From contig JALEKG010000029.1 in the NCBI GenBank assembly GCA_022769185.1, positions 14,113 through 78,112 on the forward strand: a stretch of DNA of 64,000 bases. Reading direction: 5' to 3'. The DNA comes from Dorea sp. (lineage in GTDB: Bacteria; Bacillota; Clostridia; Lachnospirales; Lachnospiraceae). Under the pieces are notes generated by a model. That model had not been told where the DNA came from. It was given only the letters and a program-made list of their open reading frames with translations, and ran no database searches. Every line of letters begins with the position of its first letter. Position 1 is the stretch's first letter. Positions 1 through 9,401 of the stretch are shown in pieces. A program made the position numbers and the translations under genes.

Positions 1-347
1 TCGCCGAAATATACAGAGGGGGAATAGAGGCGATTCCTGTTGGCCAGTATGAAGCTGCAAAAGTTCTGGGTTATTCCAAGACACAGACATTTTTTCGGAT
101 TGTATTTCCTCAGGTGATAAAACATATTCTCCCGCCAGTTACAAATGAGGTAATTACACTGGTAAAAGATACTTCTCTTGCATTTGTGCTTGCGGTTACA
201 GAAATGTTTACCATGGCAAAGCAGATTGCAGCAGCACAGACTTCCATGGTTCCATACATAGCAGCAGGTATTTTTTATTATGTGTTTAATCTGATTGTTG
301 CTGTCGGAATGGAAAAAATAGAAAAGAAACTGGATTACTATCGATAG
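1..347 (+). CDS. polar amino-acid ABC transporter permease, C-terminal fragment (5' end outside window)
   Basis: Frame 3 is open from nt 3. Translation AEIYRGGIEAIPVGQYEAAKVLGYSKTQTFFRIVFPQVIKHILPP... matches the conserved cytoplasmic-loop region of HisM/GlnP-type permeases. The cognate ATPase gene starts 12 nt downstream. Confidence 0.85.
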   Translation, partial: AEIYRGGIEAIPVGQYEAAKVLGYSKTQTFFRIVFPQVIKHILPPVTNEVITLVKDTSLAFVLAVTEMFTMAKQIAAAQTSMVPYIAAGIFYYVFNLIVAVGMEKIEKKLDYYR

Positions 348-359
348 GAGGAAGATGTC

Positions 360-1043
360 ATGAGTCTGTTAGAGATGAAAAATATTAAGAAAAGCTTTAA
401 CGGAGTGGAAGTGTTAAAGGATATTTCCCTTACGGTAGAAAAAGGAGAGGTACTGGGAATTATTGGACCGTCTGGCTCAGGTAAGTCTACACTACTTCGG
501 TGTGCGACAGGGCTTGAAACAGCGGACGGAGGTGAGATTCATTATGAAGGAACCTTTGGACTGGTGTTTCAGAATTTTAACCTGTTTCCACATTATTCGG
601 TAATGAGGAATATTACAGATGCGCCGATTAAGGTTCAGAAACGCGAGAAAGAAGAAGTATACCGGGAGGCAAGAGAGCTTCTTCGAAAAATGGGATTGGA
701 AGATAAAGAAAAGGCATATCCTTATCAGCTTTCAGGTGGGCAACAACAGAGAGTTTCCATTGCAAGAGCGCTTGCAATGAATCCAGATATTCTGTTTTTT
801 GATGAACCGACTTCCGCACTTGATCCGGAACTTACTGGAGAGATCTTAAAAGTTATCAGGGAGCTTGCAATTGAGCATATGACGATGGTAATTGTTACCC
901 ATGAGATGAATTTTGCGAAAAATGTATCTGATCATATTATATTTATGGATAATGGTTATATTGCGGTTCAGGGAACTCCAGAAGAAGTGTTCAGCTCTTC
1001 AAATGAGAGAATGAAAGAATTTCTCGGAAAGTTTAATGATTAA
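360..1043 (+). CDS. amino-acid ABC transporter ATP-binding protein (GlnQ-like)
   Basis: Walker [10 protein letters not shown], signature LSGGQQQR, Walker [13 protein letters not shown] and an H-loop VTHEM. AGGAGG sits 8 nt upstream of the ATG. Confidence 0.9.
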   Translation: MSLLEMKNIKKSFNGVEVLKDISLTVEKGEVLGIIGPSGSGKSTLLRCATGLETADGGEIHYEGTFGLVFQNFNLFPHYSVMRNITDAPIKVQKREKEEVYREARELLRKMGLEDKEKAYPYQLSGGQQQRVSIARALAMNPDILFFDEPTSALDPELTGEILKVIRELAIEHMTMVIVTHEMNFAKNVSDHIIFMDNGYIAVQGTPEEVFSSSNERMKEFLGKFND

Positions 1044-1111
1044 TGAATCACATATATTTATAAGCTATACTAATAAGCGAGTTTGAAGAAAATTAATGTA
1101 TCAGGATAAAT

Positions 1112-1150
1112 ACAAGGCAGATGGGAATATTGCTTTTCCTTCTGCCTTGT
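1112..1150 (+). terminator. 10-bp perfect hairpin after the ABC operon (weak terminator, no clear U-tract)
   Basis: acaaggcaga ... tctgccttgt with a 19-nt loop. It is followed by attatact rather than a T-run. Confidence 0.35.
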
Positions 1151-1254
1151 ATTATACTGTTATGTGATAAGGTTTGCCGCTGGATCAGGCGGGAATCGTT
1201 TTTGTATCTGTAACATTGTATTGTCAGATATTGAAAAAGAAGGAGTCTGCATTT

Positions 1255-2682
1255 ATGAATGAGTTTGAAAAGATAACAACAGGTATGGGAGAGGAATGCG
1301 GAGTATTTGGTGCCTATGATATGGACGGGGGTGACGTTGCACCTTCTATATATTATGGGCTTTTTGCGTTGCAGCACAGAGGACAGGAAAGCTGTGGAAT
1401 TGCTGTAACAGACACTTTTGGGGAGAGAAAGATCCATTCAAAGAAGGGACTTGGTCTGGTGAATGAAGTTTTTGATGAAGAATCTCTTCAGGATCTGCAA
1501 GGAAATCTGGGAGTGGGTCATGTGCGCTATTCGACAGCCGGGGGGTCCAGGGCGGAGAATGCAATGCCATTGGTTATCAATTATGTAAAGGGTGTGCTTG
1601 CAATTGCACATAACGGAAATCTGACGAATGCGATAGAACTTCGTCATGAACTGGAATATACTGGGGCAATTTTCCAGACAACCATTGATTCTGAAGTGAT
1701 TGCATATCACATTGCGAGGGAAAGACTGAATGTTAAGAAAGCAGAAGATGCTGTAAAAAATGCGATGAAAAAGATTAAAGGTGCATATGCACTGGTTGTT
1801 ACTTCTCCGCGAAAAATGATTGGAGCAAGAGATCCATTTGGTTTAAAACCATTGTGCATTGGTAAGCGAGATAATACGTATTTCCTTGCATCTGAAAGTT
1901 GTGCAATTACAGCGGTTGGAGCAGAATTTGTCCGCGATGTAAAACCTGGAGAGATTGTAAGCTTTACAAAGCATGGGATCAAGTCTGATATGTCTATGGC
2001 AATCAGCCCGAAGAAACAGGCAAGATGTATTTTTGAGTATATATATTTCGCAAGAATGGACAGTACAATTGATGACGTAAATGTATATCATGCCAGAATT
2101 CTTGCGGGAAATGCATTGGCTGATTCTTATCCGGTGGATGCTGATCTTGTTGTTGGTGTTCCCGACTCCGGTCTGGTGGCTGCAAAAGGATATTCCGAAA
2201 GATCCGGAATTCCATATGGTATGGCTTTTCATAAGAATAGTTATGTCGGAAGAACTTTCATCAAACCAAAACAGAGTCAGCGAGAAAGCAGCGTTAAGAT
2301 CAAACTTAGCGTGATTGAGGAAGTAGTAAAGGGAAAACGGATTGTCATGGTTGACGATTCTATTGTACGAGGTACTACCTGTGCAAATATTATTAAGATG
2401 CTGAAAAAAGCAGGAGCAAGGGAAGTGCACGTAAGAATCAGTTCGCCTCCGTTTTTATATCCGTGCTATTTTGGAACAGATGTGCCTTCAAATGAACAGC
2501 TGATCGCGCATTCCCATACAACAGAGGAAATACGCGAGATGATCGGAGCGGATTCTCTGGGGTATATGGAAGTTGAAAAATTAAAAGATATGGTGGGAGA
2601 TCTTGGGTATTGTGATGCGTGCTTCACAGGAAATTATCCGATGGAAGTGCCGGGAAAAGATATCTCACTTGCCTTTGAATAA
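1255..2682 (+). CDS. purF: amidophosphoribosyltransferase (glutamine PRPP amidotransferase)
   Basis: Short propeptide followed by the catalytic Cys (..GEECGVFGAY), PRPP-binding motif VMVDDSIVRGTT, and C-terminal Fe-S cysteines (YPCYFGTD, CDACFTGNYP). The start was moved from the TTG at 1174 to the ATG at 1255, which has AAGGAG upstream. Confidence 0.95.
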   Translation: MNEFEKITTGMGEECGVFGAYDMDGGDVAPSIYYGLFALQHRGQESCGIAVTDTFGERKIHSKKGLGLVNEVFDEESLQDLQGNLGVGHVRYSTAGGSRAENAMPLVINYVKGVLAIAHNGNLTNAIELRHELEYTGAIFQTTIDSEVIAYHIARERLNVKKAEDAVKNAMKKIKGAYALVVTSPRKMIGARDPFGLKPLCIGKRDNTYFLASESCAITAVGAEFVRDVKPGEIVSFTKHGIKSDMSMAISPKKQARCIFEYIYFARMDSTIDDVNVYHARILAGNALADSYPVDADLVVGVPDSGLVAAKGYSERSGIPYGMAFHKNSYVGRTFIKPKQSQRESSVKIKLSVIEEVVKGKRIVMVDDSIVRGTTCANIIKMLKKAGAREVHVRISSPPFLYPCYFGTDVPSNEQLIAHSHTTEEIREMIGADSLGYMEVEKLKDMVGDLGYCDACFTGNYPMEVPGKDISLAFE

Positions 2683-2706
2683 AATATGATGAACAAGGAG
2701 AAGAAT

Positions 2707-4140
2707 ATGAGTAACGATAAGTACACAAGCCCACTATCAGAACGTTATGCAAGTAAGGAAATGCAGTATATTTTTTCGCCAGATAAAAAGTTCCGTACAT
2801 GGAGAAGATTATGGATCGCACTTGCTGAGACTGAGAAAGAGCTGGGGCTTCCGATTACAGATGAACAGATTGCAGAACTTAAGGAACATGCGGATGATAT
2901 TAATTATGATGTTGCAAAAGCAAGGGAAAAGGTAGTGCGTCATGATGTGATGTCACATGTATATGCATATGGACAGCAGTGTCCAAAGGCAAAGGGAATT
3001 ATTCATCTGGGTGCAACATCTTGTTATGTAGGGGACAACACAGATATTATTCTGATGTCTGAAGCTCTTGAAATTGTGAGAAAAAAACTGATCAATGTAA
3101 TTGCAGAGCTTGCAAAGTTTGCAAATGAATATAAAGATCTGCCGACACTTGCATTTACACATTTTCAGCCGGCACAGCCTACAACAGTAGGAAAGCGCGC
3201 AACGTTATGGATGCAGGAATTTATGATGGATCTGGAAGATCTCGAATATGTGAAGGGAAGCTTAAAACTTCTTGGATCTAAAGGTACGACTGGTACTCAG
3301 GCAAGTTTCCTTGAATTGTTTGACGGAGATCAGGAGACGATTGATAAGATCGATCCGATGATTGCAAAGAAGATGGGATTTGAGACATGCTATCCGGTCT
3401 CCGGACAGACCTATTCCCGGAAAGTGGATACCAGAGTTCTGAATGTGCTTGCCGGCATTGCAGCAAGTGCACATAAATTTTCTAACGATATCCGTCTTCT
3501 TCAGCATTTGAAAGAGGTGGAAGAACCATTTGAAAAGACACAGATAGGATCTTCAGCAATGGCATATAAGAGAAATCCTATGAGAAGTGAGCGTATTGCA
3601 TCCCTTTCCAGATATGTTATGATTGATGCACTGAACCCTGCGATTACATCTGCGACACAGTGGTTTGAGAGAACGTTGGATGATTCTGCGAACAAACGAA
3701 TGAGCGTGCCGGAAGGATTTCTCGCAATTGATGGTATCCTGGACCTTTGCCTAAATGTAGTAGATGGTCTGGTTGTGTATCCAAAGGTAATAGAAAAACG
3801 CCTGATGTCAGAACTTCCGTTTATGGCAACGGAAAATATTATGATGGATGCAGTAAAAGCCGGAGGAGACAGACAGGAATTGCATGAGAGAATTCGGGAG
3901 CTTTCTATGGAGGCTGGACGTAATGTGAAAGAAAAGGGTCTTGACAATAATCTTCTGGAACTGATAGCAGCAGATCCTGCGTTTAATTTATCGCTGGATG
4001 AACTTAAGAAAACCATGGATCCGTCAAAATATGTAGGTCGTGCACCGGTTCAGGTAGAGTCATACCTGAAAAATGTTGTAAGTCCTATGCTGGAAGCTAA
4101 TAAAGAGATTCTTGGAGTAAAAGCAGAAATTAATGTATAA
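2707..4140 (+). CDS. purB: adenylosuccinate lyase
   Basis: Fumarate-lyase signature GSSAMAYKRNP and N-terminus YTSPLSERYASKEM typical of PurB. The ATG at 2707 has AAGGAG upstream. Confidence 0.95.
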   Translation: MSNDKYTSPLSERYASKEMQYIFSPDKKFRTWRRLWIALAETEKELGLPITDEQIAELKEHADDINYDVAKAREKVVRHDVMSHVYAYGQQCPKAKGIIHLGATSCYVGDNTDIILMSEALEIVRKKLINVIAELAKFANEYKDLPTLAFTHFQPAQPTTVGKRATLWMQEFMMDLEDLEYVKGSLKLLGSKGTTGTQASFLELFDGDQETIDKIDPMIAKKMGFETCYPVSGQTYSRKVDTRVLNVLAGIAASAHKFSNDIRLLQHLKEVEEPFEKTQIGSSAMAYKRNPMRSERIASLSRYVMIDALNPAITSATQWFERTLDDSANKRMSVPEGFLAIDGILDLCLNVVDGLVVYPKVIEKRLMSELPFMATENIMMDAVKAGGDRQELHERIRELSMEAGRNVKEKGLDNNLLELIAADPAFNLSLDELKKTMDPSKYVGRAPVQVESYLKNVVSPMLEANKEILGVKAEINV

Positions 4141-4176
4141 AAATGCATAAATTTTACCTTTTTGTATTAAAATGCA

Positions 4177-4212
4177 AGAGCGAAAATCAAGCGTATTTTC
4201 GCTCTTTTTATT
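4177..4212 (+). terminator. intrinsic terminator after purB
   Basis: Perfect 10-bp stem gagcgaaaat/attttcgctc, 7-nt loop, then tttttattt. Confidence 0.75.
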
Positions 4213-4292
4213 TATACTATTGGGAAAAATAAAATAGATAAATGGTAAAAATGACGAAAAATAATTAAATGAAAGATAAAATGTAGTTAATG

Positions 4293-4321
4293 TTGAATAA
4301 AATATGAAATGATGTTATTAT
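4293..4321 (+). promoter_or_regulatory. sigma-A-type promoter candidate for the symporter gene
   Basis: TTGAAT, 17-nt spacer, TATTAT, about 55 nt upstream of the ATG at 4378. Confidence 0.4.
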
Positions 4322-4377
4322 AGAAACATACAATTTCGTTATTCAAAATATCTATATTACAAAAAGGGGGACGTTGC

Positions 4378-5748
4378 ATGGAAGCAGCATTAAACAGTTT
4401 TTTTTCAACTATGGGAAGTTACCTTTCTAACTACATTCTGATTATAATGCTTCTTGGAGGCGGTATTTGGTTTACTGTCAAACTTGGGTTTATTCAGATA
4501 AGAGGTTTCAAAGAAGGAATGCGGAGAACCTTTGGGGGGCTCTTCGGCAAAAAAGGAAAAGCAGGAAAAGAAGGTATGTCTTCATTCCAGGCATTGGCGA
4601 CAGCTATTGCAGCACAGGTAGGTACCGGTAATATTGCCGGTGCGGCAACGGCACTTGCAATCGGCGGCCCAGGAGCAATCTTCTGGATGTGGATCGCTGC
4701 ATTTCTTGGTATGGCAACTATTTTTGCTGAGGCAATCATGGCTCAGAAATATAAACAGGTTGGAGAAGATGGTGTAGTTACCGGTGGACCGGTATATTAT
4801 ATCAAAGCAGCATTTAAGGGATCTTTTGGAAAAGTTTTAGCAGGCATTTTTGCAGTGCTGATCATTTTTGCTCTTGGTTTTATGGGAAATGCCGTACAGT
4901 CTAACTCTATCGCATCTGCATTCCATACCGCATTTGGTGTTCCGCAGTGGATCATGGGTCTTTTGATTGCGATAGTTGCGTTGTTTATATTCCTGGGAGG
5001 AATCGAACGTATTGCTAAAATTACGGAAACAGTTGTTCCGCTTATGGCAGCATTATACATACTTGGTTCTTTGATTGTTATTATTTACAACTTTAAGGAA
5101 ATACCATATGCATTCTATTCAATTATTGTAGGTGCGTTTGCTCCGTCTTCAATTGTTGGTGGTGCAGCCGGTGCAACAATAAAACTTGCCTTGACGAAAG
5201 GTGTTGCGCGTGGATTGTTCTCTAATGAAGCAGGTATGGGTTCCACACCTCATGCACATGCAGTTGCAAAAGTAGATCATCCGGTTGAACAGGGATTCGT
5301 TGCAATGATCGGTGTATTTATTGATACATTTATTATTCTGAATCTTACAGCTTTTGTAATTATTACAACACACTCTATTCCGACAGGACTTACCGGAGCA
5401 GAGCTTAGCCAGTATGCATTCTCAACATTGTTTGGAAAAGGTGGAGATATCTTTATTGCGATTTGTATGCTGTTCTTCGCATTTTCAACAATTATCGGAT
5501 GGTATTTCTTTGGTCTGGCAAATGTAAAGTATTTGTTTGGCGCAAAAGCAGTAAAAATTTATGCGATATTAGTAGCAGCTTGTGTATTCCTTGGATCTTT
5601 GGCAGAGGTAGAGCTTGTATGGACAATGCAGGATTGCTTCAACTCTTTGATGGTTATTCCGAACATCCTGGCGCTGTTTGCTCTGACTAAAGTGATTAAG
5701 AAAGTACATGATGATTATTTCCAAAATTTTTCGAAAAAAGCGAAATAA
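4378..5748 (+). CDS. alanine/glycine:cation symporter (AGCS family)
   Basis: 456 aa and polytopic. The motifs MSSFQALATAIAAQVGTGNIAGAATALAIGGPGAIFWMW and FSNEAGMGS are typical of sodium:alanine/glycine symporters. Confidence 0.9.
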   Translation: MEAALNSFFSTMGSYLSNYILIIMLLGGGIWFTVKLGFIQIRGFKEGMRRTFGGLFGKKGKAGKEGMSSFQALATAIAAQVGTGNIAGAATALAIGGPGAIFWMWIAAFLGMATIFAEAIMAQKYKQVGEDGVVTGGPVYYIKAAFKGSFGKVLAGIFAVLIIFALGFMGNAVQSNSIASAFHTAFGVPQWIMGLLIAIVALFIFLGGIERIAKITETVVPLMAALYILGSLIVIIYNFKEIPYAFYSIIVGAFAPSSIVGGAAGATIKLALTKGVARGLFSNEAGMGSTPHAHAVAKVDHPVEQGFVAMIGVFIDTFIILNLTAFVIITTHSIPTGLTGAELSQYAFSTLFGKGGDIFIAICMLFFAFSTIIGWYFFGLANVKYLFGAKAVKIYAILVAACVFLGSLAEVELVWTMQDCFNSLMVIPNILALFALTKVIKKVHDDYFQNFSKKAK

Positions 5749-5783
5749 TTAACAAACAGTGAAAGTTGAATAACGAATGAACA

Positions 5784-5814
5784 AGAAGGCAGAGCAAAAA
5801 CTGCTTTGCCTTCT
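5784..5814 (+). terminator. 12-bp hairpin after the symporter gene (putative terminator, poor U-tract)
   Basis: agaaggcagagc / gctttgccttct (one G.U pair), loop aaaaact. Confidence 0.45.
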
Positions 5815-5954
5815 CAAAAATGATAAATCTGTCTTTTATATTTGTCTTTTGATTGTTTAACTTAGAAATAGAAAAAGTAAATAGGTAAAATAGATAAAAA
5901 TTATAAAAAATAATTATGCAATATGCCTAAAATTCTTTTAATCTGTTTTAAGTG

Positions 5955-5983
5955 TTGAAAAAAAATTAACGATAAGGTATTAT
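5955..5983 (+). promoter_or_regulatory. sigma-A-type promoter candidate for the grd operon leader
   Basis: TTGAAA (5955-5960), 17-nt spacer, TATTAT (5978-5983). This places the transcript start about 55 nt upstream of the riboswitch. Confidence 0.45.
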
Positions 5984-6042
5984 AGGTATAGACAATGAGA
6001 CTTATAAAAATAGTCTATAAAGTAATATCAATAGCGGGTTGA

Positions 6043-6267
6043 TGTTTCTCAAGAGAGAGCTGGATTTTCAGCCGCCGAAGAGGCAAGCCAGTAATATGAT
6101 GGTGAACATATGCTGAGTGAAACTTTCAGGCAAAAGGACTGGGAAACGGACCGTATTCTGAATCTTGTGCTGTGTGGCAGGCCTGGCTTGAAACACACTT
6201 GGTATCAGGGCAAAAGACAGAAAGGACGATTTATACACATAACCGTGTTTAAAGCGTCCTTTTTTAT
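6043..6267 (+). promoter_or_regulatory. glycine riboswitch (well-conserved aptamer 1, divergent aptamer 2) with a terminator expression platform
   Basis: Aptamer 1 has caAGAGAGAGc (6050s), GCCGCCGAAGAGGCAA (6071-6086) and CTTTCAGGCAAAAGGAC (6122-6139), which match the glycine-riboswitch core GGAGAG / CACCGAAGGGGCAA / CUCAGGCAAAAGGAC. The second unit keeps cTGGGAAAc and TCAGGGCAAAAGACAG (6205-6220) but has no clear ACCGAAGG box. The terminator is aaaggacg (6221-6228) / cgtccttt (6255-6262) followed by a T-run, directly abutting the aptamer 3' end. Confidence 0.75.
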
Positions 6268-6294
6268 TAATGCTGAAAGGAGAAAGTGGATAAG

Positions 6295-6681
6295 ATGAGT
6301 CAGAATGATTACATAATTTTAACCAATAATCCACTGGTTTTTGAAAAACTTGCAGACACGCACAATGTCGTTTACAAAGACATTTCTTACGAAGAGCTTC
6401 TGAAAGAAGTAAGAGACAGAATTCACGAGGGTCACTCGCTTTTGTCACATCCCCTCTCGGGAAGTGTAAAGCCTAAAGAAACACCATATAAGTCAGTGAT
6501 GATTTCAAAGAGAAAGGGGGAGGTTGATCAGAGGTCCCTTTCGCTGATTGAAAACGCTATACAGGCATGCGGGAAATTTGAAGATAAGACCGGAAAGTTC
6601 GAGCAAAAAGTGTATGAGGATTTTCAATTGATCGATTGGACATTATTAGATAGCGGACTTGCATCGGCAGATGCATGGTAG
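6295..6681 (+). CDS. grdX: glycine reductase complex-associated protein GrdX
   Basis: About 128 aa, first gene of a grd operon. The sequence (..ILTNNPLV...HEGHSLLSHPLSGSVKP..) fits my recollection of the GrdX family. The track start at 6286 is a GTG only 3 nt after the SD, so the ATG at 6295 is preferred. Confidence 0.8.
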   Translation: MSQNDYIILTNNPLVFEKLADTHNVVYKDISYEELLKEVRDRIHEGHSLLSHPLSGSVKPKETPYKSVMISKRKGEVDQRSLSLIENAIQACGKFEDKTGKFEQKVYEDFQLIDWTLLDSGLASADAW

Positions 6682-6753
6682 TCTTGAGCAGGATTGTTAA
6701 AGTATTGCAGCTTTAGACAATAAAATGAATCTTTTTAAAGGAGGGAACTACAA

Positions 6754-8034
6754 GTGAGATTAGAAATGGGACACATTTACATTAAGGATATTCAGTTTGC
6801 ATCTGAATCAAAGATTGAAGATGGAATCCTTTATGTATCAGAGGAGGCTGTAAAAGCCGTTGCTCTTGAAGATGAGCACATTAAGAGCGTATCGTTTGAT
6901 ATTGCAAAACCAGGTGAGTCTGTAAGAATTACACCGGTAAAAGATGTTATTGAACCACGAGTTAAAGTAGAGGGAAGAGGGGGAATTTTCCCGGGCGTTA
7001 TCTCTAAAGTAGATACAGTTGGTGAAGGAAAGACTTATGCATTAAAAGGAATGGCTGTTGTGACAGCAGGTAAGATCGTTGGATTCCAGGAAGGTATCAT
7101 TGATATGACAGGTCCTGGAGCTGATTATACACCATTCTCTCAGACATTAAACCTGGTTATGGTATGTGAACCAATCGATGGCATTAAACAGCATGATTAT
7201 GAAAAAGCTGTAAGATTCGCAGGGTTCAGAGTTGCTGCATATATTGGGGAATTAGCACGTGAGCTGACACCTGACGAAACAAAGGTATATGAGACATGTA
7301 CAATCAAAGAAGGTCTGGAAAAATATCCAAATCTTCCAAGAGTTGCTTATGTACAGATGCTTCAGAGCCAGGGATTGTTGCATGACACATATGTATACGG
7401 AGTAGATGCGAAGAAAATTGTTCCTACAATTTTAAGCCCGACAGAGATCATGGATGGCGCTATCGTATCTGGTAACTGTGTATCTGCATGTGATAAGAAC
7501 CCTACTTATGTACATGAGAACAATCCGGTTGTTCACGATCTGTTTGAGCAGCACGGAAAGACAATTAACTTTGTATGCCAGATCATCACAAACGAGAACG
7601 TATATCTTGCAGATAAACAGCGTTCATCTGACTGGACAGCAAAATTATGTAAGATGTTAGATCTTGACGGTGTTATCGTTTCTCAGGAAGGATTTGGTAA
7701 CCCAGATACTGACCTGATCATGAACTGTAAGAAGATCGAAGCTGAAGGCGTTAAGACTGTAATCATTACAGACGAGTATGCTGGACGCGACGGTAAATCA
7801 CAGTCTCTGGCTGACGCTGATGCAGCAGCAGATGCAGTTGTAACAGGCGGAAATGCAAACCAGGTAATTATCCTGCCGAAACTTGATAAAGTAATTGGAA
7901 CTCTGGATTATGTAAATAAGATCGCAGGTGCAAGTGAAGAGACACTTCGCGAGGATGGATCTCTGGAAGTTGAGCTTCAGGTACTTACAGGCGCAACAAA
8001 TGAAACAGGTTTCAACAAGCTGAGCGCAAGATAG
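6754..8034 (+). CDS. grdE: glycine reductase component B proprotein (alpha/beta subunits), GrdE
   Basis: N-terminus MRLEMGHIYIKDIQF is typical of GrdE. Asn241-Cys242 (SGN|CVSAC; Cys codon 7477-7479) is at the known self-cleavage, pyruvoyl-forming position. GTG start with AAAGGAGGG 8 nt upstream. Confidence 0.9.
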   Translation: MRLEMGHIYIKDIQFASESKIEDGILYVSEEAVKAVALEDEHIKSVSFDIAKPGESVRITPVKDVIEPRVKVEGRGGIFPGVISKVDTVGEGKTYALKGMAVVTAGKIVGFQEGIIDMTGPGADYTPFSQTLNLVMVCEPIDGIKQHDYEKAVRFAGFRVAAYIGELARELTPDETKVYETCTIKEGLEKYPNLPRVAYVQMLQSQGLLHDTYVYGVDAKKIVPTILSPTEIMDGAIVSGNCVSACDKNPTYVHENNPVVHDLFEQHGKTINFVCQIITNENVYLADKQRSSDWTAKLCKMLDLDGVIVSQEGFGNPDTDLIMNCKKIEAEGVKTVIITDEYAGRDGKSQSLADADAAADAVVTGGNANQVIILPKLDKVIGTLDYVNKIAGASEETLREDGSLEVELQVLTGATNETGFNKLSAR

Positions 8035-8052
8035 GAAGGGAGGATAAGAATC

Positions 8053-9363
8053 ATGGCTAAAATTAAAGTAGTTCATTACATCAATCAGTTCTTTGCACAG
8101 ATTGGTGGAGAAGAAAAAGCAGATTATCCGGCAGAACTTCGCGTTGGCGAGGTTGTTGGTCCGGGTGTGGCATTGACACAGAATTTTAATGATGAAGCAG
8201 AGATTATCGCAACGATCATTTGTGGTGACTCTTATTTCAATGAAAATCTGGAGAAAGCAAAAGCTGATATCCTTGCTATGGTTAAGGAACAGAATCCAGA
8301 TGTATTTATCGCAGGACCAGCATTTAACGCAGGACGTTATGGTGTGGCTTGTGGTACAATCGCAGCAGCAGTTCAGGAAGAACTTGGAATTCCGGCTGTT
8401 ACAGGTATGTATGTAGAAAACCCAGGTGCTGATATGTTCAAGAACCAGGTATATATGATTTCTACAAAGAACAGCGCTGCTGGTATGAGAGATGCAGTTA
8501 AGAAACTTGCTCCTCTTGCTCTGAAACTTGCAAAGGGCGAGAAGATCGGTGCATCCGCTGAAGAAGGATATATGCCGAACGGTGTTCGTGTAAACTTCTT
8601 TGAGAAGGAAAGAGGATCTAAGAGAGCTGTTAAGATGCTGCTGAACAAACTGAATGACAAACCGTTTACAACAGAGTATCCGATGCCAGACTTCGACAGA
8701 GTAGATCCGAATCCGGCAGTGAAAGACCTTGCACATGCTAAGATCGCTCTTGTTACATCCGGTGGTATTGTTCCAAAGGGCAACCCGGATCATATTGAAA
8801 GCTCCAGTGCTTCTCACTATGGAGAGTATGATATTACAGGTGTTATGGATCTGACAGAAGAGACCTATGAGACTGCTCATGGTGGATACGATCCTGTATA
8901 TGCAAATGAAGACTCTGACCGTGTATTACCGGTTGATGTTCTTCGTGATATGGAAAAAGAAGGAGTCATCGGGGAATTACACCACCTGTTCTATACAACA
9001 GTTGGTAATGGTACAGCCGTTGCTTCAGCAAAAGCTTTTGCTGCTGAGTTCTCTCAGAAACTGAAAGCTGACGGTGTTGATGCAGTAATCCTCACCTCTA
9101 CCTGAGGTACCTGTACTCGTTGCGGTGCAACGATGGTTAAAGAAGTTGAGAGAGCAGGAATCCCTGTTGTACATATCTGTACAGTAACTCCAATTTCCAT
9201 GACAGTAGGTGCTAACAGAATCGTACCGGCTATTGCTATTCCTCATCCACTTGGAAATCCAGCACTGGATAAAGAGGAAGAAAAAGCACTTCGTCGTAAG
9301 ATCGTAGAGAAAGCTCTGAACGCTCTGACAACAGAAGTAGATGGACAGACGATTTTTGAGTAG
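8053..9363 (+). CDS. grdB: glycine reductase selenoprotein B (GrdB), with in-frame UGA = Sec at 9103-9105
   Basis: Track ORFs 8053..9105 and 9133..9363 are in the same frame. Read-through gives ..AVILTST-U-GTCTRCGATMVKEVERAGIPVVH.., which is the UxxCxxC motif of GrdB. A hairpin follows the UGA. Confidence 0.92.
9118..9132 (+). promoter_or_regulatory. candidate bacterial SECIS apical hairpin for grdB
   Basis: cgttgc-GGT-gcaacg, a perfect 6-bp stem with a G/U-containing loop, starting 13 nt after the UGA. Confidence 0.55.
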
Positions 9364-9401
9364 ACGTGTAGAATACTTAAAAGAAAAGGAGAATAACGGA
9401 A

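Noticed and set aside
360-1043. ABC ATPase appears about 14 residues short between Walker A and the Q-loop (..[15 protein letters not shown]..).
   Set aside because: All catalytic motifs are intact and in frame. This is probably a natural short-loop variant and is not interpretable further without alignments.
1044-1254. Purine or ZTP riboswitch upstream of purF.
   Set aside because: I could not find the purine-aptamer core (UAUAAU...CUACCGGG...) or the ZTP pfl motif (GGGUCG...CCGCCUGGGC). Only generic hairpins are present.
6068-6448. Track ORFs 6068..6448 (-) and 6110..6298 (+) in the grd leader.
   Set aside because: They overlap the glycine riboswitch and its terminator and have no RBS. 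RNA structure is the better explanation.
7798-8880. 360-aa minus-strand ORF antisense to grdE/grdB. Similar long antisense ORFs occur at 9579..10217, 21972..22706, 23748..24422, 1843..2430 and 63116..63646.
   Set aside because: These ORFs are Cys/Ile/Phe-rich and low in complexity, and they lack an RBS. Each lies fully inside a well-supported plus-strand gene, so they are shadow ORFs typical of AT-rich codon usage.
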